Below, in pieces: positions 56,115 to 64,000 of a DNA stretch of 64,000 bases. The position numbers and the translations under genes are program-made. Origin of the DNA: an uncultured Oscillospiraceae bacterium (GTDB lineage Bacteria > Bacillota > Clostridia > Christensenellales > CAG-138); contig CAYTHS010000002.1 of NCBI GenBank assembly GCA_964437665.1, forward strand, positions 315 to 64,314. The letters are read 5' to 3'. Within the stretch, counting starts at the first letter, position 1, and each line of letters opens with the position of its first letter. The notes under the pieces are model-generated. The model saw only the letters and a program-made list of their open reading frames with translations. It was not told the DNA's origin and searched no databases.

Positions 56115-56370
56115 GAAATTGCCTCCATAATTGAACAAATTAGCATTGGAAGAAATGCAGAACATTCAGAAGTTGCGAATCGGGCGGAAAGGGGAAGTGG
56201 TACGCAAGGAAGGTACCGTTTGCAGCCGTGCTGTCCGTACGGCTGCAAACGGTTCAGGAGGAGTATGTGCTTCATTCCCGAAGGAGAAACGGGACGGAAG
56301 CGCCGGCACTGGCCGCGTTCCTGACGCGCCCCGTCCGTTGAGCGCGCACGCGGCCATATGTATATACAGA

Positions 56371-57384
56371 TTATTTTTTGCGTGCAACTTTGCGCATGTC
56401 GAAGACAACGGCGATGACGATGATTGCACCTTTGATGATCTTCTGCAGATAAGGCGAAACGCCGAGAATCAACAGCCCGTTGTTGATGACGCCGAGCACC
56501 AGAATGCCGCCGATACAGCCGACAATGGAACCCACGCCGCCGGTCTGAGAAACGCCGCCGACCGTGGCCGCCGCGATACCGTCCAGTTCGTAGCCTTCGC
56601 CGAGAGACGCGATGCCGGAGGCACTGCGGGCGGTCACCATTACGCCGGCGAGCGCTGCGCAGAACGAGGACCATGTGTATGCAAGAACGAGCGTCCGCTC
56701 GACATTGATGCCGGAGGCGCGCGCCGCGTCAACGTTGCCGCCGACAGCGAACATGTTTTTACCGAATCGCGTATGGTTGAGCAGGACGTTGGCGACGATG
56801 GCCATAAGAAGGAAGATGCAAACGATATTCGGTAAAAACCCGAACAGAGATCCCTGGCCGATGATGGTGAAATCCTCGCGCAGCATCGGCACCGGATATG
56901 CGTTGGTGAACAAAAGCGCAAGCCCGCGGGCAATGGTCATCGAACCCAGCGTAGCGATGAACGGATGGATTTTCGTATACGCAACAAGCGAACCGTTCAG
57001 TACACCGAAGGACGTGCCGACCGCCAGACCGACGAGCACGGCGGCCCATGCGGGGATCGGCGGGATATTCACAAGGCCGGGGATAATCAGCGTGGAATAG
57101 GTCAGCTTCTGCACCAGCGCAGCGGAGAAGACCGAAGAAACGGCCATGACCGAACCAAGAGAAAGGTCGATGCCGCGCGTGATGATGCAAAACGCGACGC
57201 CAAGAGCCAAAAGCCCGCGGCTGGACTCGGAAGTCAGGATATTTACGAAGTTCCTGCCGGTAAAGAACGCAGGCTCGGCAAACCCGAAGATCGCAATCAG
57301 AACGACCAGAATTACGTACATCGCGTACTTGCTGACGAAACCCTTGGCGTCAAACCGCCTTCTCGAGACAGCATTGGATTCCAT
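56371..57384 (-). CDS. sugar ABC transporter permease (ribose/inositol type)
   Basis: ATG at 57384 after GGAGGT. 337 aa polytopic. Confidence 0.85.
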   Translation of the reverse strand: MESNAVSRRRFDAKGFVSKYAMYVILVVLIAIFGFAEPAFFTGRNFVNILTSESSRGLLALGVAFCIITRGIDLSLGSVMAVSSVFSAALVQKLTYSTLIIPGLVNIPPIPAWAAVLVGLAVGTSFGVLNGSLVAYTKIHPFIATLGSMTIARGLALLFTNAYPVPMLREDFTIIGQGSLFGFLPNIVCIFLLMAIVANVLLNHTRFGKNMFAVGGNVDAARASGINVERTLVLAYTWSSFCAALAGVMVTARSASGIASLGEGYELDGIAAATVGGVSQTGGVGSIVGCIGGILVLGVINNGLLILGVSPYLQKIIKGAIIVIAVVFDMRKVARKK

Positions 57385-57403
57385 AATATTACCTCCTAAT
57401 TTG

Positions 57404-58930
57404 TCAAATCGCCTTGAATTCGAGTTCGTCCTGGTCGTCGTCGGTGCGGGTGGCAAACTCCATAATGCGCTCCTGCGTGGCGTCGCAGCGGTCGATGATG
57501 CCCGTTTGCCTGCCTTCGTGCATCACGAGGACCCGGTCGCACATGCCGAGGATTTCCGGCATCTCCGAAGAAACCATGATGATGGCCTTGCCTTCGCCGG
57601 CCATTTTGGTAACCAGAGAGTGGATTTCCGCTTTAGCGCCGACGTCGATTCCGCGGGTCGGTTCATCTACGAACAGGATGTCCGGCCCGGTCAGTAACCA
57701 GCGCGCTACAAGCACCTTCTGCTGGTTGCCGCCGGACAGGTCCTGAATCAGCGTATCCTTGGAAGGCGTTTTGATTTCTATGCGTTTGATGAATTCTCTT
57801 GCGTCGGATGAAATTCTGCGGTGATTGATCAGGCCGCTTTTGCGGACGTACCGCTTGAGGTTGGCTACCACGATATTGCTCGCGACGCTTGAAACCGGAA
57901 TGATGCCGGTGCCGCGCCGGTCCTCGGTAAGCATTGCCATACCGTGCTTGAGCGCGTCGGCAGGGCGCTTGATTTCGACAACTTTTCCCTTGATGGTGAT
58001 GGTGCCTGCGGTCCTCGTGCGCAGACCGAAGAGGGTTTCGAGCACCTCGGTGCGCCCCGCGCCGACAAGACCGGCAAACCCGAGGATTTCACCCCGCCGC
58101 AAATCGAAGCTGATGCCGGAGAAACGGTCGCCGGAGGCAAGATCGCGCACCTCCATGACCACGTCCGTGATCGGGCAGTCTATTTTGGGGAACATAGCGT
58201 CCAGATCGCGTCCCACCATCAAGTGGATCAGTTTGGTGACGTTCATGTTGCTCACGAGGTCCGAGCCGACCATATGCCCGTCGCGGAACACGGTGACGTC
58301 GTCGCAGATTTTAAAAATTTCTTCCATTTTGTGGGAAATATAAATGATGGAAACGCCTTTCTCGCGAAGATTGCGTATCATGCCGAAAAGCTGCGCCACT
58401 TCGATGCTGGTCAGCGACGAGGTCGGTTCGTCCATGACGATGATCGATGCGTCCTGCGAAATCGCTTTCGCTATCTCCACCATCTGCATTTTTGCGACGG
58501 TAAGGTTTCCCATTTTTTCGTAGGGATCGATTTCGATACCGAGTCCGTGCAGCGTTTCACGTGCAAGGCGGTAGAGTTTTTTATGGTCAACGAACACCTT
58601 GGCTTTCATAGGCGGTCTGCCTAAAAACAGGTTTTCCGCAACCGAACGCTCCGTTACCGGAGAAAGTTCCTGATGTATCATGGAAATCCCGTGTTTGGAA
58701 GCCTCCAGGGGGTTCGCGATATGCACTTCCTGGCCGTTGATGAGCACTTTGCCGCTGTTCATCTGATACAGGCCGATCAGGCATTTCATCAACGTCGATT
58801 TCCCGGCTCCATTTTCTCCCATGAGCGCGTGCACCGTGCCGGGGCGTAACCGGAACGACACGTTTTTCAACGCCTGAACGCCGGGGAAGCTCTTGGATAC
58901 GTCTGTCATTTCGAGCACATAATCGCTCAC
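57404..58930 (-). CDS. sugar ABC transporter ATP-binding protein (duplicated ABC domains)
   Basis: Walker A GENGAGKST. Probable GTG start at 58930 downstream of GGAGG. The track start at 59023 lacks an RBS. Confidence 0.85.
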   Translation of the reverse strand: MSDYVLEMTDVSKSFPGVQALKNVSFRLRPGTVHALMGENGAGKSTLMKCLIGLYQMNSGKVLINGQEVHIANPLEASKHGISMIHQELSPVTERSVAENLFLGRPPMKAKVFVDHKKLYRLARETLHGLGIEIDPYEKMGNLTVAKMQMVEIAKAISQDASIIVMDEPTSSLTSIEVAQLFGMIRNLREKGVSIIYISHKMEEIFKICDDVTVFRDGHMVGSDLVSNMNVTKLIHLMVGRDLDAMFPKIDCPITDVVMEVRDLASGDRFSGISFDLRRGEILGFAGLVGAGRTEVLETLFGLRTRTAGTITIKGKVVEIKRPADALKHGMAMLTEDRRGTGIIPVSSVASNIVVANLKRYVRKSGLINHRRISSDAREFIKRIEIKTPSKDTLIQDLSGGNQQKVLVARWLLTGPDILFVDEPTRGIDVGAKAEIHSLVTKMAGEGKAIIMVSSEMPEILGMCDRVLVMHEGRQTGIIDRCDATQERIMEFATRTDDDQDELEFKAI

Positions 58931-59093
58931 TTCACGCGCACCTCCGTTGTCCTGTACTTTTGAATAAACCGATTTTGATTGTCGTACGAATGCAGGGTTT
59001 TGCATCGGGTGATGATTTGGCAATCCGGCGCCACGGAAACGGGCGCCGGATTGCCGTGGTTTACAAATGCGATTTCAGTTTCCGGCGAATTCG

Positions 59094-60110
59094 TCAGCTC
59101 ATGAAATCGTCTACGTTGTCGATGGTCACCGGCTGGAACGGAACCCATCCGAACAGCTCGGTCAGCTCGCCCATGGCGGCTTTGGTTGCGAATTCTACGC
59201 AGGCGGAACCCTGCCCGGCCGCATCCTGGAAGACGGTCATGGCCATTTCGCCGTTCTTGACGGATTCGCAGGCCATGTCGGTCGCGTCGATGCCGACGAC
59301 CGGCAGCGTGCTCAGGTCATAGCTCGCGGCCTTCAGCGCTTCGACGACGCCAAGCGCCATTTCATCGTTGTTGCAGATGACGCAGTCAAACGATTTGCCG
59401 GTGCCGATGAACGTCTGCATCATGTCCATCGCGGTCGCGCGGTCCCATTTGGCCGTGTCCTCAAACACGGTGTTGAGCGTAAAGCCGGCGTTTTCAAGCT
59501 CTGTCTTTACGGACTCGGTGCGCTGCTGCGTGTTTTCAAGGCCCAGCTGGCCCATGAAGAGCACGTAGTTGATGGGATCGGTGCGTCCCGCAAAGTATTC
59601 GGCGAGGAATTCAGCCTGCATCTTGCCGGCGTCCCATTCCTGCGAACCAACATAGGCGTATTTGCCTTCGACGAGGATGGAGTCGTCCGGACGGCGGTTA
59701 ACGAAGATGATCGGGATGTCGCCGGCTTCCGCAATGATGGTTTCCGCGGTGGACGTGTCGACCAGGTTGACGATCATCACGTCATAGCCCTTGGTAGCGA
59801 ACGTGCGGACCTGTTCCTGCTGTTTTTGGGTATCGTTGTTGGCCTCCTGGGAGTCCACGGTGACGCCCGCGATTTCAGCGGCAGCCAGGATGCCTTGTTC
59901 CAGCGTGCTGATGAACTGGTCGCGTGCATACAGAGATACGCCGATGGTGATCGGTTCTTCCGCTGCGGTTTCTTCCGCCGCGGGTTCTTCGACCGTCGCC
60001 GCTTCTTCCTGTGCGGGTTCGGCAGCAGTCGTGTCTTCCGCCGGCGCGGCGCAGGCTACGATGACGAGGACACTGGCTAGCACCATCAAGAGAGCTAACA
60101 ATTTCTTCAT
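59094..60110 (-). CDS. sugar ABC transporter substrate-binding lipoprotein
   Basis: ATG at 60110 after GGAGGT. MKKLLALLMVLASVLVIVAC lipobox. Periplasmic-binding-protein type-I fold blocks. Confidence 0.85.
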   Translation of the reverse strand: MKKLLALLMVLASVLVIVACAAPAEDTTAAEPAQEEAATVEEPAAEETAAEEPITIGVSLYARDQFISTLEQGILAAAEIAGVTVDSQEANNDTQKQQEQVRTFATKGYDVMIVNLVDTSTAETIIAEAGDIPIIFVNRRPDDSILVEGKYAYVGSQEWDAGKMQAEFLAEYFAGRTDPINYVLFMGQLGLENTQQRTESVKTELENAGFTLNTVFEDTAKWDRATAMDMMQTFIGTGKSFDCVICNNDEMALGVVEALKAASYDLSTLPVVGIDATDMACESVKNGEMAMTVFQDAAGQGSACVEFATKAAMGELTELFGWVPFQPVTIDNVDDFMS

Positions 60111-60633
60111 AGTTCCTAATAACCTCCTTTTATTTTTTGAGCGCTGGCCGCTCAAATAAGAATCGTTTGAAAAAGTGCTGCCGACCGGTCATCCGGCCGA
60201 CATACGAAGAGCGTTGTCCTGAACGAATGCCATGCCGGACGTCTCCGACGGCAGATGGGCGTATAAAAACGGAAACATTAAGAAGGTTCACGATTGCCGT
60301 GAGCAAAGAACCGGATTATGGACGGAATACGAACGTGTCCTATCCTATGCGGACGCGCAGGTTGTTTCAGCGTCGGGAGTAAAAAACGGTGAATCGAGGT
60401 TGCCGGACTGAAAACTACCGAAGGGCGGTTTGCCGGGGCTGATGGTTTTGAATATCGTTGGTGGCAACAGTGATGCGAATTAATTGATTTAACGCTGACA
60501 GTCTATCATAAATACCAGACAAAGTCAATAAATAAACAAATATTATTCACTTATACGCCATAACGTACTATAAAATTGCATATGTCATGAGTATGTTTGT
60601 ATAAAATACAATAATCTGCTGCACATGCCGCGC

Positions 60634-61530
60634 CTAAAGGCCCGTATGCTTCCCGATATAGGCGCGCGCTTTGCGGGCGTACTCGAAAGGATTCGCTTTT
60701 GCGGGGTCCTGTTCGGCTTCCACAAGCAGCCAGCCGGTATAATCCGCCTGTGCGAGCAAATCGAACACGGGGGTAAAATCGAAATCGCCGTCACCCGGCA
60801 CGGTAAACGCGCCTTCGCGTACGGCAGTGAGGAAACTGAGGTTTTCCTTATGCGTACGTTTGAGCACCGGCAGGCGGACGTCTTTAAGATGCACGTGCCC
60901 GACGCGGTTGACGTATTTTTTCAGCATCGCAACGGGGTCCGCGCCCGTGAAAACGAAATGGCCGGTATCGTAGCAGAGGTGGACGTATTTCGCGTCCGTT
61001 TCGTCCAGAAGACGCGCCGTTTCTTCAGCAGTCTGCACGACGGTGCCCATATGGTGGTGAAAGCAAAGGCGGAAACCTTGCCTAGCGGCGATTTCTCCCA
61101 ATATGTTGAGACCTTCGGTCAGTTTCGTCCATTCCTCTTCGTTCATTATATACTTGTGCCCGAAGATCGGCGTGGACTCCATGCCCTGGACGCTGTGGCT
61201 CTGCTCGGACACGTTGATCGCTCCCGTGCCGACTGCCTTGAGGAACTTCAGTTCCGCTTCAAACGCTTTTATGTTTTCTTCCAGCGGCTTGGTGATCAGG
61301 AATGAACTGAACCAGCGGGACGCCACGCGCAAACCGCGCACGTTCAGCATATGTTTAAGCGTTGCCGCGTCGGCGGGGTATTTGTTGCCGATTTCAGTGC
61401 CGGAGAAGCCTGCCAGCGCTATTTCACTGACGCATTGCTGAAACGTGTTTTCTGCGCCCAATTCCGGCATGTCGTCATTTGTCCAGCCGATCGGGGCGAT
61501 TCCAAGGAATACTTTTTTGGGATCGAGCAT
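60634..61530 (-). CDS. iolE: myo-inosose-2 dehydratase
   Basis: 298 aa. GIAPIGWTNDDMPELG ... HHHMGT ... VPGDGDFDF ... VEAEQDP closely matches my memory of B. subtilis IolE. Confidence 0.9.
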   Translation of the reverse strand: MLDPKKVFLGIAPIGWTNDDMPELGAENTFQQCVSEIALAGFSGTEIGNKYPADAATLKHMLNVRGLRVASRWFSSFLITKPLEENIKAFEAELKFLKAVGTGAINVSEQSHSVQGMESTPIFGHKYIMNEEEWTKLTEGLNILGEIAARQGFRLCFHHHMGTVVQTAEETARLLDETDAKYVHLCYDTGHFVFTGADPVAMLKKYVNRVGHVHLKDVRLPVLKRTHKENLSFLTAVREGAFTVPGDGDFDFTPVFDLLAQADYTGWLLVEAEQDPAKANPFEYARKARAYIGKHTGL

Positions 61531-61561
61531 AAGATTGTTCTTCCTTTCGCTTGTTTTATCA

Positions 61562-61591
61562 TTGACGGATGGGGCGAAATGTGTGTATAAT
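61562..61591 (+). promoter_or_regulatory. sigma-70-type promoter candidate for iolB-iolD
   Basis: TTGACG, 18-nt spacer, TATAAT, with TG at the extended -10 position. Confidence 0.5.
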
Positions 61592-61706
61592 ACGGTAAAA
61601 GATAGTCATTTAATTGTTGACTTTTGAGTAAATCTGTTCTTTCTGGTTATTATATCATTGCAGTTTCGGTAATTCAATCCCTGGTTTTCAATAAGGAGCG
61701 AAAAAG

Positions 61707-62504
61707 ATGTATATACAAAAAGAAGCGCTTTCGGGCGGGCAAAACCCGTATCTTGCCTTAGAACAGGGCATAGGGAAAGAAGTCGGCATGGACGTAATCC
61801 TGCTTGTGCTCGAAGCGGGGGAAAAGGCTTCGTTTTGCGAACCGGAAAAGGAGACGGCGCTGCTGCTTTTTTGCGGGGAGGCCGTTTGGGCGGCGAGCGG
61901 GACGGAAAAGCGCGTATCGCGCGATAGCGAGTTCACGCAGGAGGCGAGCTGCCTGCACGCGCCGGCGGGCGCAGAGATTTCGGTCCGGGCCGTGCGGCAC
62001 AGTGAAATCTATATCCAGCGGGTAAAAAACGAACGCGGGTTTACGCCGGTATTCTATATGCCGGAGGACATACAGGTGCAGCGCGCGGGCGAAGACGACC
62101 TGCAGGGGACTATGCGCAGGAACATCAAGACCGTGTTCGATTATGAAAACGCGCCGTATTCCAACATGGTGCTCGGCGAGGTGCTCAATTTCCCTGGGAA
62201 GTGGTCGAGCTATCCGCCGCATTTCCATCCGCAGCCGGAAGTGTATTTTTACCGGTTTGATAAGCCGCAGGGATTCGGCGCCGGGTTTGCCAACGGCGAG
62301 GTCCACAAGACCACGCATAACGGCCTTCTGGTCATACAGAGTGGGTTTCACAGCCAGGCGGCCGCGCCTGGATACGGTTTGTGCTATGTATGGGGGATTC
62401 GCCACCTGCAGAATGATCCCTGGAAAAAGACGCGCATCGACGAAAAGGAGCATACTTGGATGCTGCAGCCCGGCGCGGTGTTCTTAAGCGACGCAGAGAA
62501 CTGA
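61707..62504 (+). CDS. iolB: 5-deoxy-glucuronate isomerase
   Basis: 265 aa. ...GKWSSYPPHFHPQPEVYFY... cupin motif typical of IolB. Confidence 0.85.
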   Translation: MYIQKEALSGGQNPYLALEQGIGKEVGMDVILLVLEAGEKASFCEPEKETALLLFCGEAVWAASGTEKRVSRDSEFTQEASCLHAPAGAEISVRAVRHSEIYIQRVKNERGFTPVFYMPEDIQVQRAGEDDLQGTMRRNIKTVFDYENAPYSNMVLGEVLNFPGKWSSYPPHFHPQPEVYFYRFDKPQGFGAGFANGEVHKTTHNGLLVIQSGFHSQAAAPGYGLCYVWGIRHLQNDPWKKTRIDEKEHTWMLQPGAVFLSDAEN

Positions 62505-62579
62505 CCTTCCGGCTACGGCTATCATATCACAGAACTCATATTACATTTGGGAATGCGAATTTCGCGACAGGAGGGAAAA

Positions 62580-64000
62580 ATGGAAACCGTACGTTTGACC
62601 ATGGCGCAGGCACTGGTGCGTTTCCTGGAAAATCAGTACGTTCGTTACGACGACACGGAGCATCGGTTCGTGCGCGGCGTCTTCATGCTGCCGGGACATG
62701 GCAACGTGGTCGGACTGGGACAGGCAATCCAGCAGGAAGCGCATGCGCTGGAAATCTACCACGGCAAAAACGAGCAGGGGCAAGCGCAGGCGGCTATGGC
62801 GTTTGCCAAGCAGATGCGCCGGAAACAGATTTTCGCCTGCACGTCGTCGGTCGGCCCCGGCGCTGCCAATATGGTTACAGCCGCGGCCAATGCGACCGCG
62901 AACAACATTCCGCTTCTTCTTTTTCCCGGCGATATCTATGTTTCCCGCCAGCCGGACCCGGTGCTCCAGCAGATCGAGCAGCCCTGCGAACTGACGCTTT
63001 CCACCAACGACGCGTTTCGCCCGGTCTGCCGCTACTGGGACCGCATCGTCCGGCCCGAACAGATCATGACCGCCATGATCAGCGCCATGCGCGTGCTCAC
63101 CGACCCGGCTGATACCGGCGCGGTCTGCATCGCGCTGCCGCAGGACACGCAGGGCGAGGCGTACGACTACCCCGTGCGTTTCTTTGAAAAGCGAGTCCAC
63201 CGCATCGAGCGCCGCCCGCCGGCGGATTACGCGATACACGACGCGGCAGAACTGATTCGGGCCGCGAAACGGCCGATTATGATCTGCGGCGGCGGCGTGC
63301 GCTACAGCGAGGCGCATGCGGAGTTCCGTGCGTTCGCCGAGGCACACAACATCCCCTTTGGCGAAACACAGGCGGGCAAAAGCGCGATCGAATGGTTGCA
63401 CCCGCTCAACCTTGGCGGCATCGGCGTGACCGGCTGCCTCATGGCGAACGAAATTGCCAAAGAGGCGGACGCAGTGATCGGCGTCGGCACGCGGTACACG
63501 GACTTTACGACCGCGTCCAAATGGCTTTTCCCGGAAAACGCGCGTTTTGTCAACATTAACGTCAGCGAATTTCAGGCGTACAAGATGGACGGCGTGCGGG
63601 TAATCGCGGACGCGAAGCTGGCGCTTGACGCGCTCAGCCGTGCGCTCGGCGGCTATCGCGCCGCCTATAAGGGCGAAATCGAAGCGGTCAAGGCGCGCTG
63701 GCAGGAAGAACTCGACCGGCTTGACCAAAAGGAGATCGGCGAAGGGTATGCATCCGAGGTGAAAGATCCCAACAGCGAAAGCTGGCGGCGCTTTAAAAAG
63801 GACGTCGGCTGTGAACTGACGCAGACGCTCGCGCTGGGGATGGTTAACCGCCTCACCGCGCCGGACGCCGTCGTGATCGGCGCAAGCGGCAGCCTGCCGG
63901 GCTGCATGCAGCGTATGTGGCGGCCGCGCGTACCCAACACCTACAACATGGAATACGGCTATTCCTGCATGGGATATGAGGTCAGCGGCGCGTTCGGCGT
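62580..64000 (+). CDS. iolD: 3D-(3,5/4)-trihydroxycyclohexane-1,2-dione acylhydrolase (ThDP-dependent), 3' end beyond window
   Basis: Not in the ORF track because no stop lies within the window. My translation from the ATG at 62580 (RBS AGGAGGG) gives [21 protein letters not shown]...[11 protein letters not shown]...[16 protein letters not shown]..., a ThDP-enzyme N-terminal domain as in IolD. Confidence 0.85.
   Translation, partial: METVRLTMAQALVRFLENQYVRYDDTEHRFVRGVFMLPGHGNVVGLGQAIQQEAHALEIYHGKNEQGQAQAAMAFAKQMRRKQIFACTSSVGPGAANMVTAAANATANNIPLLLFPGDIYVSRQPDPVLQQIEQPCELTLSTNDAFRPVCRYWDRIVRPEQIMTAMISAMRVLTDPADTGAVCIALPQDTQGEAYDYPVRFFEKRVHRIERRPPADYAIHDAAELIRAAKRPIMICGGGVRYSEAHAEFRAFAEAHNIPFGETQAGKSAIEWLHPLNLGGIGVTGCLMANEIAKEADAVIGVGTRYTDFTTASKWLFPENARFVNINVSEFQAYKMDGVRVIADAKLALDALSRALGGYRAAYKGEIEAVKARWQEELDRLDQKEIGEGYASEVKDPNSESWRRFKKDVGCELTQTLALGMVNRLTAPDAVVIGASGSLPGCMQRMWRPRVPNTYNMEYGYSCMGYEVSGAFG

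Noticed and set aside
62541-63728. 395-aa minus-strand ORF, and the 218-aa plus-strand ORF at 62456
   Set aside because: The real gene is iolD in another plus-strand frame starting at 62580. It is absent from the track only because it has no stop in the window.
1-64000. Searched for defence systems, prophage, integrative elements, toxin-antitoxin pairs, retrons/DGRs, rRNA and tRNA
   Set aside because: I recognised no reverse transcriptase, integrase, transposase, nuclease/helicase defence modules, capsid or terminase genes, and no tRNA-like T-arm sequences. The window reads as core chromosome apart from the small repeat family.

Overview
This is a GC-rich chromosomal segment. Its gene content is typical of a strictly anaerobic Clostridia-class Firmicute, probably Oscillospiraceae/Ruminococcaceae-like; that taxonomy is inferred from protein signatures only. 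I count about 60 credible genes, nearly all housekeeping or metabolic. In order they are: the tail of a histidine-utilisation operon (formiminotransferase, hutI); a phosphohexomutase; a nadD-yqeK fusion plus rsfS; a 1233-aa MBG/repeat surface protein; a VIT-family metal transporter; a T-box-controlled beta-eliminating lyase; a zinc-ribbon membrane protein carrying an 11 x 18-bp DETATT repeat; htrA; a polysaccharide deacetylase; a SAM hydrolase; a complete nucleoside uptake and catabolism locus (BMP lipoprotein, ABC transporter, two nucleoside hydrolases, a uridine-phosphorylase-like enzyme, ribokinase); assorted oxidoreductase, hydrolase and GNAT genes with some decayed fragments; envelope genes (O-antigen-ligase family, sugar nucleotidyltransferase, galE); a 10-gene HydABC/Hnd-type [FeFe]-hydrogenase operon interrupted by a six-gene putative sensing/regulatory module; yhbY; three orphan genes; and a myo-inositol locus (DeoR regulator, iolI-like gene, ABC importer, iolE, iolB, and the 5' part of iolD running off the window). 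I saw no rRNA, tRNA, CRISPR array, transposase, integrase, phage gene or recognisable defence gene, so I cannot point to a clear multi-gene novel system. The least explained signal is a ~160-190-nt structured repeat present three times in intergenic DNA. Two full copies have inverted-repeat ends and sit between 24-25-bp duplications of an entire terminator palindrome. Other points worth checking are: a T-box (candidate Tyr specifier) in front of a normally catabolic lyase; the regulatory insert in the hydrogenase operon; an unusual TSCSPGW H-cluster motif in HydA; and three unusually long non-coding intergenic regions. Many long ORFs in the six-frame track are antisense shadows caused by high GC.
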